Of a stretch of DNA of 64,000 bases, positions 21,323-31,254 are shown piece after piece; position 1 is the first letter of the stretch, and the number at the start of each line of letters is the position of its first letter. Made by a program: the position numbers and the translations under genes. A model generated the notes under the pieces. It was given only the letters and a program-made list of their open reading frames with translations, did not search any database and was not told the DNA's origin. The stretch is from positions 1 to 64,000 of the forward strand of contig JABIHA010000018.1 in NCBI GenBank assembly GCA_018649885.1. Reading direction: 5' to 3'. The stretch comes from Bacteriovoracaceae bacterium. GTDB taxonomy: Bacteria > Bdellovibrionota > Bacteriovoracia > Bacteriovoracales > Bacteriovoracaceae.

Positions 21323-22435
21323 CTAATTTGAGTAAAAGTCCCTCAGCACAGTAACCACTTTTTCTTGTTCATAGCTTGTTAGAAAAGGGTGGATGGGGAT
21401 ACAGATAACCCTTGAAGCAAAATCTCGGGCCTTTTCATCAGCTCCTTGGTATTCAGCAAGTGGCCCCTCTTCCATTAAAGTCTTTTCATAAAAAAGTGCA
21501 GAACCAACTTCATGACTTTGAAGGAAGCTTTGCAATTTATCTCTTTCAGTTTTACTTTGGGCCAAAATAGGAAATAGGTGCCAGCAAGAATAGTTCAGTA
21601 GTTGTTTTTTTGGTAGCTTGAGGGGAAGGTCTGCGAGAGTGTCTAGGTAGTGCTTCGCAAGCTCTTTTCTTTTTGTGTTTTGCTCAGCAAGCTCTTTAAA
21701 TTTATGAAATAAAACAGCTGCCTGAAAGTGATCACATCTTGAATTTCTGCCAATCAACGTATGTCCACTAGGTGAGCGGCCATGATTTCTAATTCTAATG
21801 ACTTTCTCTGCAAGCTCATCACTATCAGTTAAAATGGCGCCAGCGTCTCCCATCGCCCCTAGGTTTTTAGTCACATAGAAAGAAAAAGTCGTGAGATGAT
21901 TTCCGCTGCCAACCATTTTCTCACTTTTTTCAAATCTTGAGCCGGCGGCTTGAGCGGCATCTTCTACCAGGACAATTCCATTTTCTGAGCATATGGTTTC
22001 AATTTCTTCAATATTAACTGGGTGTCCATAGAGATCCACAACAAGAAGGGCATCGATTTTTTGATTTTGTATTGTACTTTTAAGGGAGTCTAAACAAATC
22101 AGACCTGTGGATGGATTGATATCCACAAATACAGGAGTTGCGCCCACATTAATAATTGCTTCTGCCGTGGCATAAAATGATAAACTAGGCAGGGCCACTA
22201 CGGATCCTGCTCCAATATCATTTGCCTGAAGAGAAATCTCAATTGCATCAGTGCCGTTGGCCACTAATAGACAATGCTTGGCCTGGCAATACTCGCCAAA
22301 TTCTTTTTCAAATTGCCCGTTATATGTGCCCTCTATAAAGGAGCCCTTTTCCATTATTTCATCAAAGCTTTTGAGAATATCTTTTCTTAAAGATTCGTGG
22401 TGAAGTTTAGGGAAATCATAGAAATTTACTTTCAT
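21323..22435 (-). CDS. DegT/DnrJ/EryC1/StrS sugar aminotransferase
   Basis: ANGTDA, EDAAQA, SFYVTKNLG (PLP Lys), GDAG; start likely MKVNFYD at 22435. Confidence 0.92.
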   Translation of the reverse strand: MKVNFYDFPKLHHESLRKDILKSFDEIMEKGSFIEGTYNGQFEKEFGEYCQAKHCLLVANGTDAIEISLQANDIGAGSVVALPSLSFYATAEAIINVGATPVFVDINPSTGLICLDSLKSTIQNQKIDALLVVDLYGHPVNIEEIETICSENGIVLVEDAAQAAGSRFEKSEKMVGSGNHLTTFSFYVTKNLGAMGDAGAILTDSDELAEKVIRIRNHGRSPSGHTLIGRNSRCDHFQAAVLFHKFKELAEQNTKRKELAKHYLDTLADLPLKLPKKQLLNYSCWHLFPILAQSKTERDKLQSFLQSHEVGSALFYEKTLMEEGPLAEYQGADEKARDFASRVICIPIHPFLTSYEQEKVVTVLRDFYSN

Positions 22436-22609
22436 ATATAACATCCAGATTGGGCGATTCATTACGGCTGCCAAAGATGGTTCATTTTCTCTCATTTTTA
22501 ACCAATTTGCACTTTTTATGCAAAGCAGCCTCTAGGCTTGCAAGGTTTTCTTTATTGTTTAGCCATAATTGATTAACCTCTAGATCTAACTTAAAAAAGT
22601 CAGGAGCTT

Positions 22610-23419
22610 ATGTTTAAAAAAAATGTGAACTTGAAGCATATATCTGTCAGTCCGTGGCGAAAGTTGGCCATGGGAACTTGGAGAAATGCTAAGGATCCTT
22701 CGGTGTATGGAAGTATGGACATTGAGGCCCAAGGGATCATGGACTGCATCGAAAGTTATAAAGCCAAGGGGATTAGATTGACCCCTACTGCTGTTGTGGC
22801 CAAGGCCATTGCAGTTGCCATGAAAGAAGTCCCCTCGATTAATTGTATTATTCGCTTTGGGAGATTTTACCAAAGAGAGAAAATAGATATTTTTTTACAA
22901 GTGGCAGCTGATCAGGATGGGGAAGACCTCTCTGGTATGGTTATTAGAGATTGCGATAACAAGCCACTTGAAAGTATCGCTACTGAGATAAAGGCCAAGG
23001 CACAAAAAATTAGAGACAAAGAGGAAAAGGAATATTCTGAAGGCAAAAAGAATATGAAGCTTTTGCCTGGAATTTTTCTGCCATTTCTTATCGATTTCTT
23101 GGGATTTGTTCTCTATTCACTCAATATTTGGACGCCACTATTAGGGGCTCCAAGGGATGGTTTTGGTTCTGCCATGGTCACTTCTGTCGGCATGCTAGGC
23201 CTTGATGGAGGTTTTCCCCCTCTTGTTCCCTATTCTAGATGCCCCATTTTAGTTGCTCTAGGAAGAATTCAGCAAAAACCAGTGGTAAATGATGATGGAG
23301 AAATTGTGGCCAAACTAATGGTTCCTTTTTCAGTAACTTTTGATCACAGACTCCTCGATGGAGTAGGCGCTGCAAAGCTGATGAAAGCATTACTTAAATA
23401 TTTAAAGGATCCCTATTGA
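22610..23419 (+). CDS. Stand-alone 2-oxoacid dehydrogenase E2/CAT-like acyltransferase catalytic domain
   Basis: TFDHRLLDG catalytic motif, ILVALGRI..KPVV; no lipoyl or E3-binding domain; AGGAG RBS. Confidence 0.82.
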   Translation: MFKKNVNLKHISVSPWRKLAMGTWRNAKDPSVYGSMDIEAQGIMDCIESYKAKGIRLTPTAVVAKAIAVAMKEVPSINCIIRFGRFYQREKIDIFLQVAADQDGEDLSGMVIRDCDNKPLESIATEIKAKAQKIRDKEEKEYSEGKKNMKLLPGIFLPFLIDFLGFVLYSLNIWTPLLGAPRDGFGSAMVTSVGMLGLDGGFPPLVPYSRCPILVALGRIQQKPVVNDDGEIVAKLMVPFSVTFDHRLLDGVGAAKLMKALLKYLKDPY

Positions 23420-25095
23420 GTTCATCCTCTGATCGCAAAATCTTATTTGGTTGGACCATGTTGGCAGCATTTGTGTGTCATTTTTTATTCTCACACTTAG
23501 GCTTTAATATTGGTGATGATGGATTCGTTGTGGCGATGTCTGAGAGAATCTTGAAAGGCCAATTTCCACACCGAGACTTTATTTCAGTAAGGCCTATTGG
23601 GTCGGCCATCTTGTGGGCCCCTGTTGTGGCCTTTTCAGGTAAGTATGCACATATAGCAGTGAGATTTTTTAGCTGGATTCAGTTTTCTCTCATTGCCTTT
23701 TTTTGGATCAGTATCAATAACAGGCAGTGGAAGATAGAGCTATCCACTTTCCAGTCCACTATCATTCATACTGTTACACTTTTTCTTGGATCGAGTATTT
23801 TTACATATTATGGGTGGAACACACTTGATGGTTTATTTTTCACAAGTTTGGGTGCTTATATTTATCTTCACTCAAACGAGAAAATGATCCCTCAACTTTT
23901 GGCCTTTCTTTTAATAGGGCTTGCGCCACTTTTTAAGCAAAATTTTCTGGCCGTGATTCCTCTAAGCTATGTGTGTCTTTGTGATATCAAGAAAAAATAC
24001 CATCTACTTTTTATCTCTATCTTTCCCAGCTTAATCTATCTTGCTCTGATTAGATCCTTTGGAGGATGGGAGGAAATGAGAATTCAATTCACTTCATATA
24101 CAAGTATTTTAGGGCCTGGATTTTTTGCCTATATCCAAAATAAGGCTACTCACCGAGGTGTGATATTTGGACTTTTATGGATTTTTTCTATGAGGTGGAT
24201 GCTTAAAAGACCTCTGAGAATTATTGAAAAATTCAAAGCCTTTTCTCCTTTGGTGGTATGTGCTCCACTTCTCCTATTCTTTTTCTATGGTGCTTTGGTG
24301 TGGTGGCAAGGAAAATATACCTATAAATATCCCTTTACTTTATTTGGATTCATCTTCGTTCTTCTTTTAACATTTATAGTAAATGAAGCAAAATCTAAGA
24401 ATTTTAAAAATACTCAGATTGCTTTATTTCCCCTGGGAGTTGCTTGGGTGACGGGTATATCTGGGGGTTATATAACTCCCATTTTAGGGGGCGCACCTAT
24501 TATTTCTTTGATCTTACTTTTTAGTTTTAAAAAGATTGAAGAGTTTAATTTTCCTGAAAAATTTCGTGCAAGGGAGATGGTGGTTGTAATCGCCTTTTTT
24601 AGCTTCTTTCCCTGTTGGATTTATGGGCGTTATAATTTTATCTATGGAGAGTATCCGGCAAGTAAGTTAGTTCATCCTCTGGATGGTTTGCTGCCTGGGG
24701 GGAGTGGCCTGTATACAACGAAAAATAACTATCTTGCCTTTAAGTCCCTAAACCAAATTGTGGAAAAGTACGAAAATTATGAACTTGCTCTGATTCCAGA
24801 TTATCCAGGATTTTGGGTGGGCTTCCATCAGCTCAACCCCCTTCCCATCGATTGGGCCAATGTTTTTGAGCTAGCTAACCCTAAAGTCTATGAGCGTTTT
24901 TCTAGAGAGCTAAAACAGCTGTCTGGCTCAAAGAATCAATTGGTGGTTTTACAGAAATTTGCCGGCTACACTTTTTCAATTCTAGGCGAGGGAGAAGTAC
25001 TTCCGCTACACGATAAAAGAGAGTTTATTTTGCACGTTCAGAAGAATTTTACTCTGATCGATGAAAATGAATTTTTTGGAGTCTATAGGCCTTGA
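23416..25095 (+). CDS. Multi-TM membrane protein, putative GT-C
   Basis: GDDG...RILKGQFPHRDF motif after TM1, FKQN, about 11 TM and a soluble C-terminal domain; overlaps E2-like stop. Confidence 0.62.
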   Translation: MSSSSDRKILFGWTMLAAFVCHFLFSHLGFNIGDDGFVVAMSERILKGQFPHRDFISVRPIGSAILWAPVVAFSGKYAHIAVRFFSWIQFSLIAFFWISINNRQWKIELSTFQSTIIHTVTLFLGSSIFTYYGWNTLDGLFFTSLGAYIYLHSNEKMIPQLLAFLLIGLAPLFKQNFLAVIPLSYVCLCDIKKKYHLLFISIFPSLIYLALIRSFGGWEEMRIQFTSYTSILGPGFFAYIQNKATHRGVIFGLLWIFSMRWMLKRPLRIIEKFKAFSPLVVCAPLLLFFFYGALVWWQGKYTYKYPFTLFGFIFVLLLTFIVNEAKSKNFKNTQIALFPLGVAWVTGISGGYITPILGGAPIISLILLFSFKKIEEFNFPEKFRAREMVVVIAFFSFFPCWIYGRYNFIYGEYPASKLVHPLDGLLPGGSGLYTTKNNYLAFKSLNQIVEKYENYELALIPDYPGFWVGFHQLNPLPIDWANVFELANPKVYERFSRELKQLSGSKNQLVVLQKFAGYTFSILGEGEVLPLHDKREFILHVQKNFTLIDENEFFGVYRP

Positions 25096-25177
25096 GGTGA
25101 GAATTGAGTGCCTGGCTCCGCGTGGCAGCAAGTCTATTATATAAGACAAAAGCCTCATTTTAGGGCATATTCTGTGC

Positions 25178-27241
25178 ATGTTTAAAATTTTTCGTGACAT
25201 GATTCCCCAAAATCCTTTTGAAAAGCGTATGTTTTGGGCCTTAGTGATTCTCAAGTTATTTGTGGGGGCGCTTTTTTCCTCAGGTTATAGGGATGATATT
25301 TTTCTTCCGTTTACTAGCCACTTTGTAGAAAACCTAGACAATACTTGGCAGTATTTCTTTGAAGTGGATAAAAGTGTCGCTTTTCCCTACCCTCCATTAA
25401 TGCTTTTAATTTTTACTCCTGGTGCATTTCTCATAGGTCTTCTTAAAATTACCTCACCTTTTTTGATAAATTTAATTTTTACTATTCCTACACTAATTGC
25501 TGATCTTCTTATTTATAGAACTTTGAGAAAGTATATGGGGAAGTACTCGAAAGAAGTATTGATCTATTATTTCGCCTCACCAATTATTCTTTATGCCTGT
25601 TTTATTCACGGTCAATTGGATTTAATTCCCACAAGTCTTTTGGTACTTAGTACTTACTATCTTTCAAAAAATAGATTGGCCCAGTCTATGATTTTATTTG
25701 GTCTGTCTTTTACCGCAAAGTTTCACACTGTTATGGCGGCTCCCTTTTTTCTGATTTATGTCTACAAAAGAAATAAGCACAACAAACTTAGCTATCTTGA
25801 TATACTCAAAATAATTCTTATTCCCGTAGCGATTCATTTTATACTGACTGCTCCTTATTTTATATCAGAGGGCTATCAATTCTTTGTTCACCAAAATAGA
25901 GAACAATCCCTTGTGTTTGAAGCCTACCAAAGAATTGGGGAGCTACATATATTAATAGTTCCATCCATACTTTCTTGTCTCGCCGCTAGATTCTTACTCT
26001 ATCCTAAAATAAATGCAGATTTACTATTTAGCTTTTTAGGACTTTTGTTTGCCACCTTTGTGCTTTTTGTAAGACCTACACCGGGCTGGTATGTTTGGGC
26101 TTACCCCTACTACGTAGGTCTTCTTTTAAAAAGCGAGTTGAAAAGAAAATATCTCAATGCCATGTTTGGCCTACTTGTGGTTGCCTACTTGGTCTATTTT
26201 CTCGTTTTTTACACTCACCCATTTGTAGAGCGGGCGGGGATGATTTTTCTTGGATCAGTAGTCAACTTGGATTGGGCTTATACTAGCTTACAAAAAGATC
26301 TATCCTTCACTATACTGGAGATATCTTTAATCTTTGTTATCTATAATATTTATCAATTTGGTATTAAGAGCAATTCCATCTATAAATTGAGGCATCGCGC
26401 TTTTTCACTTGGCATAAGTGGTGACAGTGCTGCAGGAAAAACGACTTTACTCGAAGACATTCGAAAAATATTGGGTGCCGGCAATGTTGTGCTGCTTGAA
26501 GGAGATGCTGAGCACAAGTGGGAAAGAGGTGATAAAAAGTGGGATGAGTTTACTCATCTTAATCCTCGCGCCAACTTCTTATACAAACAGGCTCAGCACC
26601 TAGAGATACTAAAGCGTGGTCAGTCAACCAAGAGAGGTGAGTATGACCACAGTACCGGCAAGTTCACTGAGCTGAAAAAAGTCGATCCAGGGCATTTTAT
26701 AGCCCTTAGTGGTCTTCATGCGTTCTATCTTCCTAAGCTAAGAAAACTACTTGATTTGAAAATTTTTCTAGATCCCGATGAAAGGATCAGAAAAGAATGG
26801 AAGGTCACGAGAGATACCAAAGAGCGTGGCCATGATAAAGAGAAAGTAGAAAAGCAAATCGAGGATAGATTAAGTGATGCCAAAAAATATATTTTACCTC
26901 AAAAAGAATACTCAGACTTAGTGATTTCGTATGGTCTATCTGAAGAGCAGAAACACTGTCTCAAAATTGAATGTAGTGCCAGTATAGATCTTGAAGTACT
27001 TAATAGCTATTTAGATGGTATGGAGAATTGTCACTACCAACACGATTTTAGTGAGGATTTGAATAAGCAAGTCTTGGTCTTTTTTGAAAGACCATCTGTA
27101 GCCGATCTAGAACTTTTGGCAGGCGAATTAATACCTAATAGAAGAGACATCGTTGATCGTGAAATTGTATGGGAGCCAGGATTTAGAGGGCTAGTACAAC
27201 TCTTTGTACTGCTTGAAATTAGTGAGAAAATGAAAGGGTAA
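25178..27241 (+). CDS. Fusion: GT-C-like membrane domain + phosphoribulokinase/uridine-kinase domain
   Basis: N-terminal FPYPP, GQLD, AKF and TM segments; C-terminal Walker A GDSAAGKTT, YDHSTG, KVTRDTKERGH (PRK-like signature). Confidence 0.8.
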   Translation: MFKIFRDMIPQNPFEKRMFWALVILKLFVGALFSSGYRDDIFLPFTSHFVENLDNTWQYFFEVDKSVAFPYPPLMLLIFTPGAFLIGLLKITSPFLINLIFTIPTLIADLLIYRTLRKYMGKYSKEVLIYYFASPIILYACFIHGQLDLIPTSLLVLSTYYLSKNRLAQSMILFGLSFTAKFHTVMAAPFFLIYVYKRNKHNKLSYLDILKIILIPVAIHFILTAPYFISEGYQFFVHQNREQSLVFEAYQRIGELHILIVPSILSCLAARFLLYPKINADLLFSFLGLLFATFVLFVRPTPGWYVWAYPYYVGLLLKSELKRKYLNAMFGLLVVAYLVYFLVFYTHPFVERAGMIFLGSVVNLDWAYTSLQKDLSFTILEISLIFVIYNIYQFGIKSNSIYKLRHRAFSLGISGDSAAGKTTLLEDIRKILGAGNVVLLEGDAEHKWERGDKKWDEFTHLNPRANFLYKQAQHLEILKRGQSTKRGEYDHSTGKFTELKKVDPGHFIALSGLHAFYLPKLRKLLDLKIFLDPDERIRKEWKVTRDTKERGHDKEKVEKQIEDRLSDAKKYILPQKEYSDLVISYGLSEEQKHCLKIECSASIDLEVLNSYLDGMENCHYQHDFSEDLNKQVLVFFERPSVADLELLAGELIPNRRDIVDREIVWEPGFRGLVQLFVLLEISEKMKG

Positions 27242-27245
27242 CAAT

Positions 27246-27947
27246 ATGTTAAAGGGCATCTTAATAGATCTGGACAATACCTTGTATGAATACGATGTAT
27301 GTCATGAATATGCACTAGACGTTGCGGTTCAAAAAATTTCGAGTATCACAAATCAAAAAACTGATGAGATTCGCCTTCAATACGATCAGGCAAAAAATCT
27401 AGTCAAGAAAACTCTCAAAAAAACCCAGTCACAAGGAATTGCCTCTTCACACAATAGGCTTCTATATTTTCAAAAATACTTTGAAACTATAGGTCTTACG
27501 CCGATTCCTGTTGCCCTTGAACTCTATCATCTCTATTGGAATAGCTACCTTGAAAAAGCAGTATTATTTGATGGTGTAATCGATTTTTTCGAAGAGACTA
27601 AAAAAAGAGGGCTGAAAGTTGTGGTGGTCACTGACTTAACTGCAGATGTTCAACACCAAAAAATTGAAAAATTAGGTTTAGGGAAATATCTGGATCTCAT
27701 AGTAACAAGTGAGGAAGCAGGGGTTGAAAAACCTAACTTAGAGATTTTTCAGTTGGCACTTGAAAAGGCCGAACTACTGGCAAGTGAAGTTTGCATGATA
27801 GGTGATAACTATAAAAAAGATATAGAAGGTGCAGTAAGTGCCAATATAAGAGCTTATTATATTACAAGTGAGTCAAGAGAAGAATCTGAAGGTGTCGTTT
27901 CATTTACAGATTTTAATCAACTGGCGAAACTAATTTTCAAGAACTGA
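27246..27947 (+). CDS. HAD-superfamily hydrolase (phosphatase)
   Basis: DLDNTL, TD, EKP, GDNYKKD motifs I-IV. Confidence 0.9.
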   Translation: MLKGILIDLDNTLYEYDVCHEYALDVAVQKISSITNQKTDEIRLQYDQAKNLVKKTLKKTQSQGIASSHNRLLYFQKYFETIGLTPIPVALELYHLYWNSYLEKAVLFDGVIDFFEETKKRGLKVVVVTDLTADVQHQKIEKLGLGKYLDLIVTSEEAGVEKPNLEIFQLALEKAELLASEVCMIGDNYKKDIEGAVSANIRAYYITSESREESEGVVSFTDFNQLAKLIFKN

Positions 27948-27958
27948 ATGGGGAAAAA

Positions 27959-29605
27959 ATGCAGGTTATAATTCCAATGTCCGGAGTAGGTCAACGATTT
28001 GTCGATGCGGGATACAGTGATCTAAAACCACTTATTAAAATTGATGGAAAATGTATTATAGAACATGTTATTGATCTTTTCCCAGGGGAAACGAATTTTA
28101 TTTTTATCTGTAATGAAACTCACTTAAAAACCACACCAATTGAAAGAATTCTAAAAGAAAAAATGCCCTCAGGAAAAATTGTTCCTATATCACCTCATAA
28201 AAAAGGTCCTGTTTTTGCTGTATCTCAAGTTTTCGATTTGATTGATGACAGTGAAGAAGTCATTGTAAACTATTGCGACTTTGGAACCTACTGGGATTAC
28301 GATGATTTTCTTAAGCATACCAGAGATAGAGATGCTGACGGGGCCGTCGTTTCCTACCGGAATTTTCATCCACACATGCTTGGGTCTACTAATTACGCTT
28401 TTATGAGAGATGATAAGCAGTGGATGCTTGAAATTAAGGAAAAAGAGCCTTTCACTGATGATCGAATGAATGAATTCGCTTCAAATGGAACCTACTATTT
28501 TAAAAGTGGAGAGTTAGTTAAAAAATATTTTGTGGAGCTAATGGAAAAAGGCATTGGAGTTAAGGGTGAATTCTATGTCAGTATGATTTATAATCTTTTA
28601 GTTCAAGATGATTTAAAGGTTTCAATCTATAAAATTCAACACATGCTTCAATGGGGAACACCTCAGGATGTTGAAGAATATGGCAATTGGTCTCGGTATT
28701 TTAGAGATGTTCTTACCCACACAGATATTGAATCAAAACTACCTGGGAGAAATACAACAGTTATTCCGATGGCCGGAAGAGGCAGCAGATTTGCTGTAGA
28801 AAACTACACCGATCCCAAACCACTTATTGATGTAAGTGGATATCCGATGATTGTTCAGGCCTTAAACTATTTGCCCAAAACTGATGACTATCAATTCCTT
28901 TGTCTTGGCGAGCACCTCGATCAGTATCCTCTTCAAAAGACGCTAGAAGAAAGGTATTCAAATTGTAAGATTATCCGTGTAGATGAAGTTACTCAGGGGC
29001 AAGCATGTACATGCGAGCTGGCCATAAAGGATATTGATTCTGATACATCTGTACTCATAGGTGCTTGTGACAATGGAATGCTTTGGAATACAAAGAAAAT
29101 GGAGAGCTTAGTAAGTGATGAGGGAGTAGATGCAATTTGTTTTACTTTTAGAAACCATCCCTCTAGTTCGCAAAATCCTCAAATGTATGGCTGGGTCAAA
29201 ACCTCAGGTGAGACAATTACAGGTGTTTCAGTAAAAGTTCCCATCAGTGACAAACCTGAAAATGATCACGCCATTGTAGGCGCCTTCTGGTTTAGAAGAG
29301 CAAGGGACTTCATGGCATGTTTAAATGATCTTTATAAAAACAATGAGAGGGTTAACACCGAGTTTTATGTAGATTCTCTCATGGGAGTGATTGCTAAAAT
29401 GGGGAAAAATGCCAAAGTTATGGAAGTTGATGACTACATTTGTTGGGGAACTCCTAATGATTTGAAGTCCTATCAGTACTGGCAAAGCTTTTTCCATAAA
29501 GCAGATTTTCACCCCTATGATATTGAAAAAGATCCATACGCGAACCCTCAAAAAGTTGAGGCCCTAAAAGAAGAGTTTGGTACCTTTTCCCAGGAGAATC
29601 GCTAA
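27959..29605 (+). CDS. Tandem-domain nucleotidyltransferase
   Basis: Two copies of IPMxGxGxRF...KPLI, EFYV and WGTP motifs. Confidence 0.85.
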   Translation: MQVIIPMSGVGQRFVDAGYSDLKPLIKIDGKCIIEHVIDLFPGETNFIFICNETHLKTTPIERILKEKMPSGKIVPISPHKKGPVFAVSQVFDLIDDSEEVIVNYCDFGTYWDYDDFLKHTRDRDADGAVVSYRNFHPHMLGSTNYAFMRDDKQWMLEIKEKEPFTDDRMNEFASNGTYYFKSGELVKKYFVELMEKGIGVKGEFYVSMIYNLLVQDDLKVSIYKIQHMLQWGTPQDVEEYGNWSRYFRDVLTHTDIESKLPGRNTTVIPMAGRGSRFAVENYTDPKPLIDVSGYPMIVQALNYLPKTDDYQFLCLGEHLDQYPLQKTLEERYSNCKIIRVDEVTQGQACTCELAIKDIDSDTSVLIGACDNGMLWNTKKMESLVSDEGVDAICFTFRNHPSSSQNPQMYGWVKTSGETITGVSVKVPISDKPENDHAIVGAFWFRRARDFMACLNDLYKNNERVNTEFYVDSLMGVIAKMGKNAKVMEVDDYICWGTPNDLKSYQYWQSFFHKADFHPYDIEKDPYANPQKVEALKEEFGTFSQENR

Positions 29606-30315
29606 TGAGTGCTAAGTACTCTGTAGTTGTTCCCTGTTATAATGAAGAAGCTAATATTCCTCTTATTCTAAAAAGATTTAAAGAAGTCATTAATCGAGAT
29701 GATATAGAAGTGGTCTTAGTCAATAATGGGTCCACTGATGATAGTCAAAATGTTTTCGCTGAGCTTTTACCAAACTTTTCTTTCGCCAAAGTTGTCGTTG
29801 TTGTAAAAAACCAGGGCTATGGATTTGGTATTCTCGCTGGACTTAAAGAGTGTCAGGGGGATTTTATTGGTTGGACTCATGCAGATATGCAAACAGATCC
29901 AGCTGATCTTATAAGGGCCATCGATATCATTGAAGAAAGTGGCTGTAATGAAAAAATTTATGTAAAAGGCAATAGAAAAGGACGGGCCATATTTGATCAG
30001 TTTTTTACAACAGGTATGAGCATATTTGAAACTATTTATCTTCAAACCAAGCTGTCTGATATAAATGCCCAGCCCAACCTCTTTCACAAGAGCTTTTTTA
30101 AATCGTGGCAGTCTCCACCTCATGATTTTTCTCTTGATCTTTTCGTTCTCTATACTGCAAGTAAAATGGGCCTAGAAACCAAACGCTTTGATGTTGTATT
30201 TCCGGAAAGAGTACACGGAGAATCTAAGTGGAATACCGGCTTTGGATCAAAGTGGAAATTTATCAAAAGAACAATTGAGTTTAGTACCAAGTTGAAAAAG
30301 GAGATAACAAGATGA
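29605..30315 (+). CDS. GT2 polyprenyl-phosphate glycosyltransferase
   Basis: VVVPCYNEE, NNGSTD, NQGYG, HADMQ, RVHGESK; TAATG coupling. Confidence 0.85.
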   Translation: MSAKYSVVVPCYNEEANIPLILKRFKEVINRDDIEVVLVNNGSTDDSQNVFAELLPNFSFAKVVVVVKNQGYGFGILAGLKECQGDFIGWTHADMQTDPADLIRAIDIIEESGCNEKIYVKGNRKGRAIFDQFFTTGMSIFETIYLQTKLSDINAQPNLFHKSFFKSWQSPPHDFSLDLFVLYTASKMGLETKRFDVVFPERVHGESKWNTGFGSKWKFIKRTIEFSTKLKKEITR

Positions 30316-30917
30316 AATTTATCGCCCATAGAATCAACACTGTCCAGGAGCTAAATGAACTCGACCAGGATTTGGGAGTTGAGCTAGATCTTAGAGACTC
30401 CGGGGGTGAGCTAATTATGGTTCACGATCCCTTTTCGGGTGGGGAAACCTTTGAGGAATACCTCAAAAATTATCGGCACGGACTTATGATTCTCAATGTT
30501 AAAAGTGAGAGAATTGAGCACAAAGTGCTGGAGTTAATTAAAAAATATGAAATCAAAGAATACTTCTTTCTCGATTCTAGTTTTCCCATGATTTATCTTC
30601 TTTCATCAACTGGTGAGAAAAGGGTAGCTGTGCGTTTTTCTGAATTCGAAGGAATTGACACGCTAGAGAAAATGTCAGGGAAATGCCAATACGCATGGGT
30701 TGATTGTTTTACTAAGTTTCCACTTGATAGCAGTACTTTTCAAGAATTAAAAAAATTAGGATATCTTCTTGCATTTGTTTCGCCTGAGTTGCAGGGAAGA
30801 GATCAGGACATAGAAAACTATGCCCAGATCATGAGGGATGAGAGTATTAGTTTTGATTACATTTGTACCAAATCGTATAATATCTCTAGGTGGAAGAGTG
30901 CTCTTGCACTCCAGTAA
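30312..30917 (+). CDS. GDPD/PLC-like phosphodiesterase
   Basis: IAHRIN, GVELDLR, HDP, LNVK, WVD, VSPEL motifs. Confidence 0.72.
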   Translation: MKFIAHRINTVQELNELDQDLGVELDLRDSGGELIMVHDPFSGGETFEEYLKNYRHGLMILNVKSERIEHKVLELIKKYEIKEYFFLDSSFPMIYLLSSTGEKRVAVRFSEFEGIDTLEKMSGKCQYAWVDCFTKFPLDSSTFQELKKLGYLLAFVSPELQGRDQDIENYAQIMRDESISFDYICTKSYNISRWKSALALQ

Positions 30918-30926
30918 GCCTAAAGT

Positions 30927-31214
30927 TTAGGCCGTGCTTGCAAAAGCATTGATGCTACCAACCGCAATCATTTTATTCCTTTTAAATTTTTTGGTTTGTT
31001 TGGTAACCGCCTTTCTGGCCTTCTCCAGACTTTCAACAGGATTCTTTGAGCTTTTTTTCGAAACGAATCTTCGTCCTGTGGTAAAAACTTGAACTAGGCT
31101 CCTGAAATCCCCATCAGGTGTTTGATCGATTTTTACATCAATTTTTCTGGCCTTAGGAAAAATCCCTTGAAGTTTATCTAGTGTACCTTGTATTAATATA
31201 TTTAAATTTTGCAT
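30927..31214 (-). CDS. Small basic protein, HPF/RaiA-like
   Basis: beta-beta-beta-alpha pattern ending ESLEKARKAVTKQTKKFK; GGAG RBS before ATG 31214 (ORF track start 31295). Confidence 0.5.
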   Translation of the reverse strand: MQNLNILIQGTLDKLQGIFPKARKIDVKIDQTPDGDFRSLVQVFTTGRRFVSKKSSKNPVESLEKARKAVTKQTKKFKRNKMIAVGSINAFASTA

Positions 31215-31226
31215 ACAATTCTCCAT

Positions 31227-31245
31227 AGTGATTCTTAGAATCACT
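31227..31245. promoter_or_regulatory. Perfect 9-1-9 palindrome AGTGATTCT-T-AGAATCACT, candidate operator
   Basis: Directly visible immediately upstream of the RBS of the HPF-like gene. Confidence 0.5.
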
Positions 31246-31254
31246 TTCAGTTCT

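Noticed and set aside
22610..23419. Pyruvate/2-oxoglutarate dehydrogenase E2 subunit
   Set aside because: No lipoyl or E3-binding domain and no E1/E3 neighbours
26390..27241. PRK domain as evidence of a Calvin cycle
   Set aside because: Fused to a membrane domain within a glycan locus; no RubisCO or cbb genes in the window
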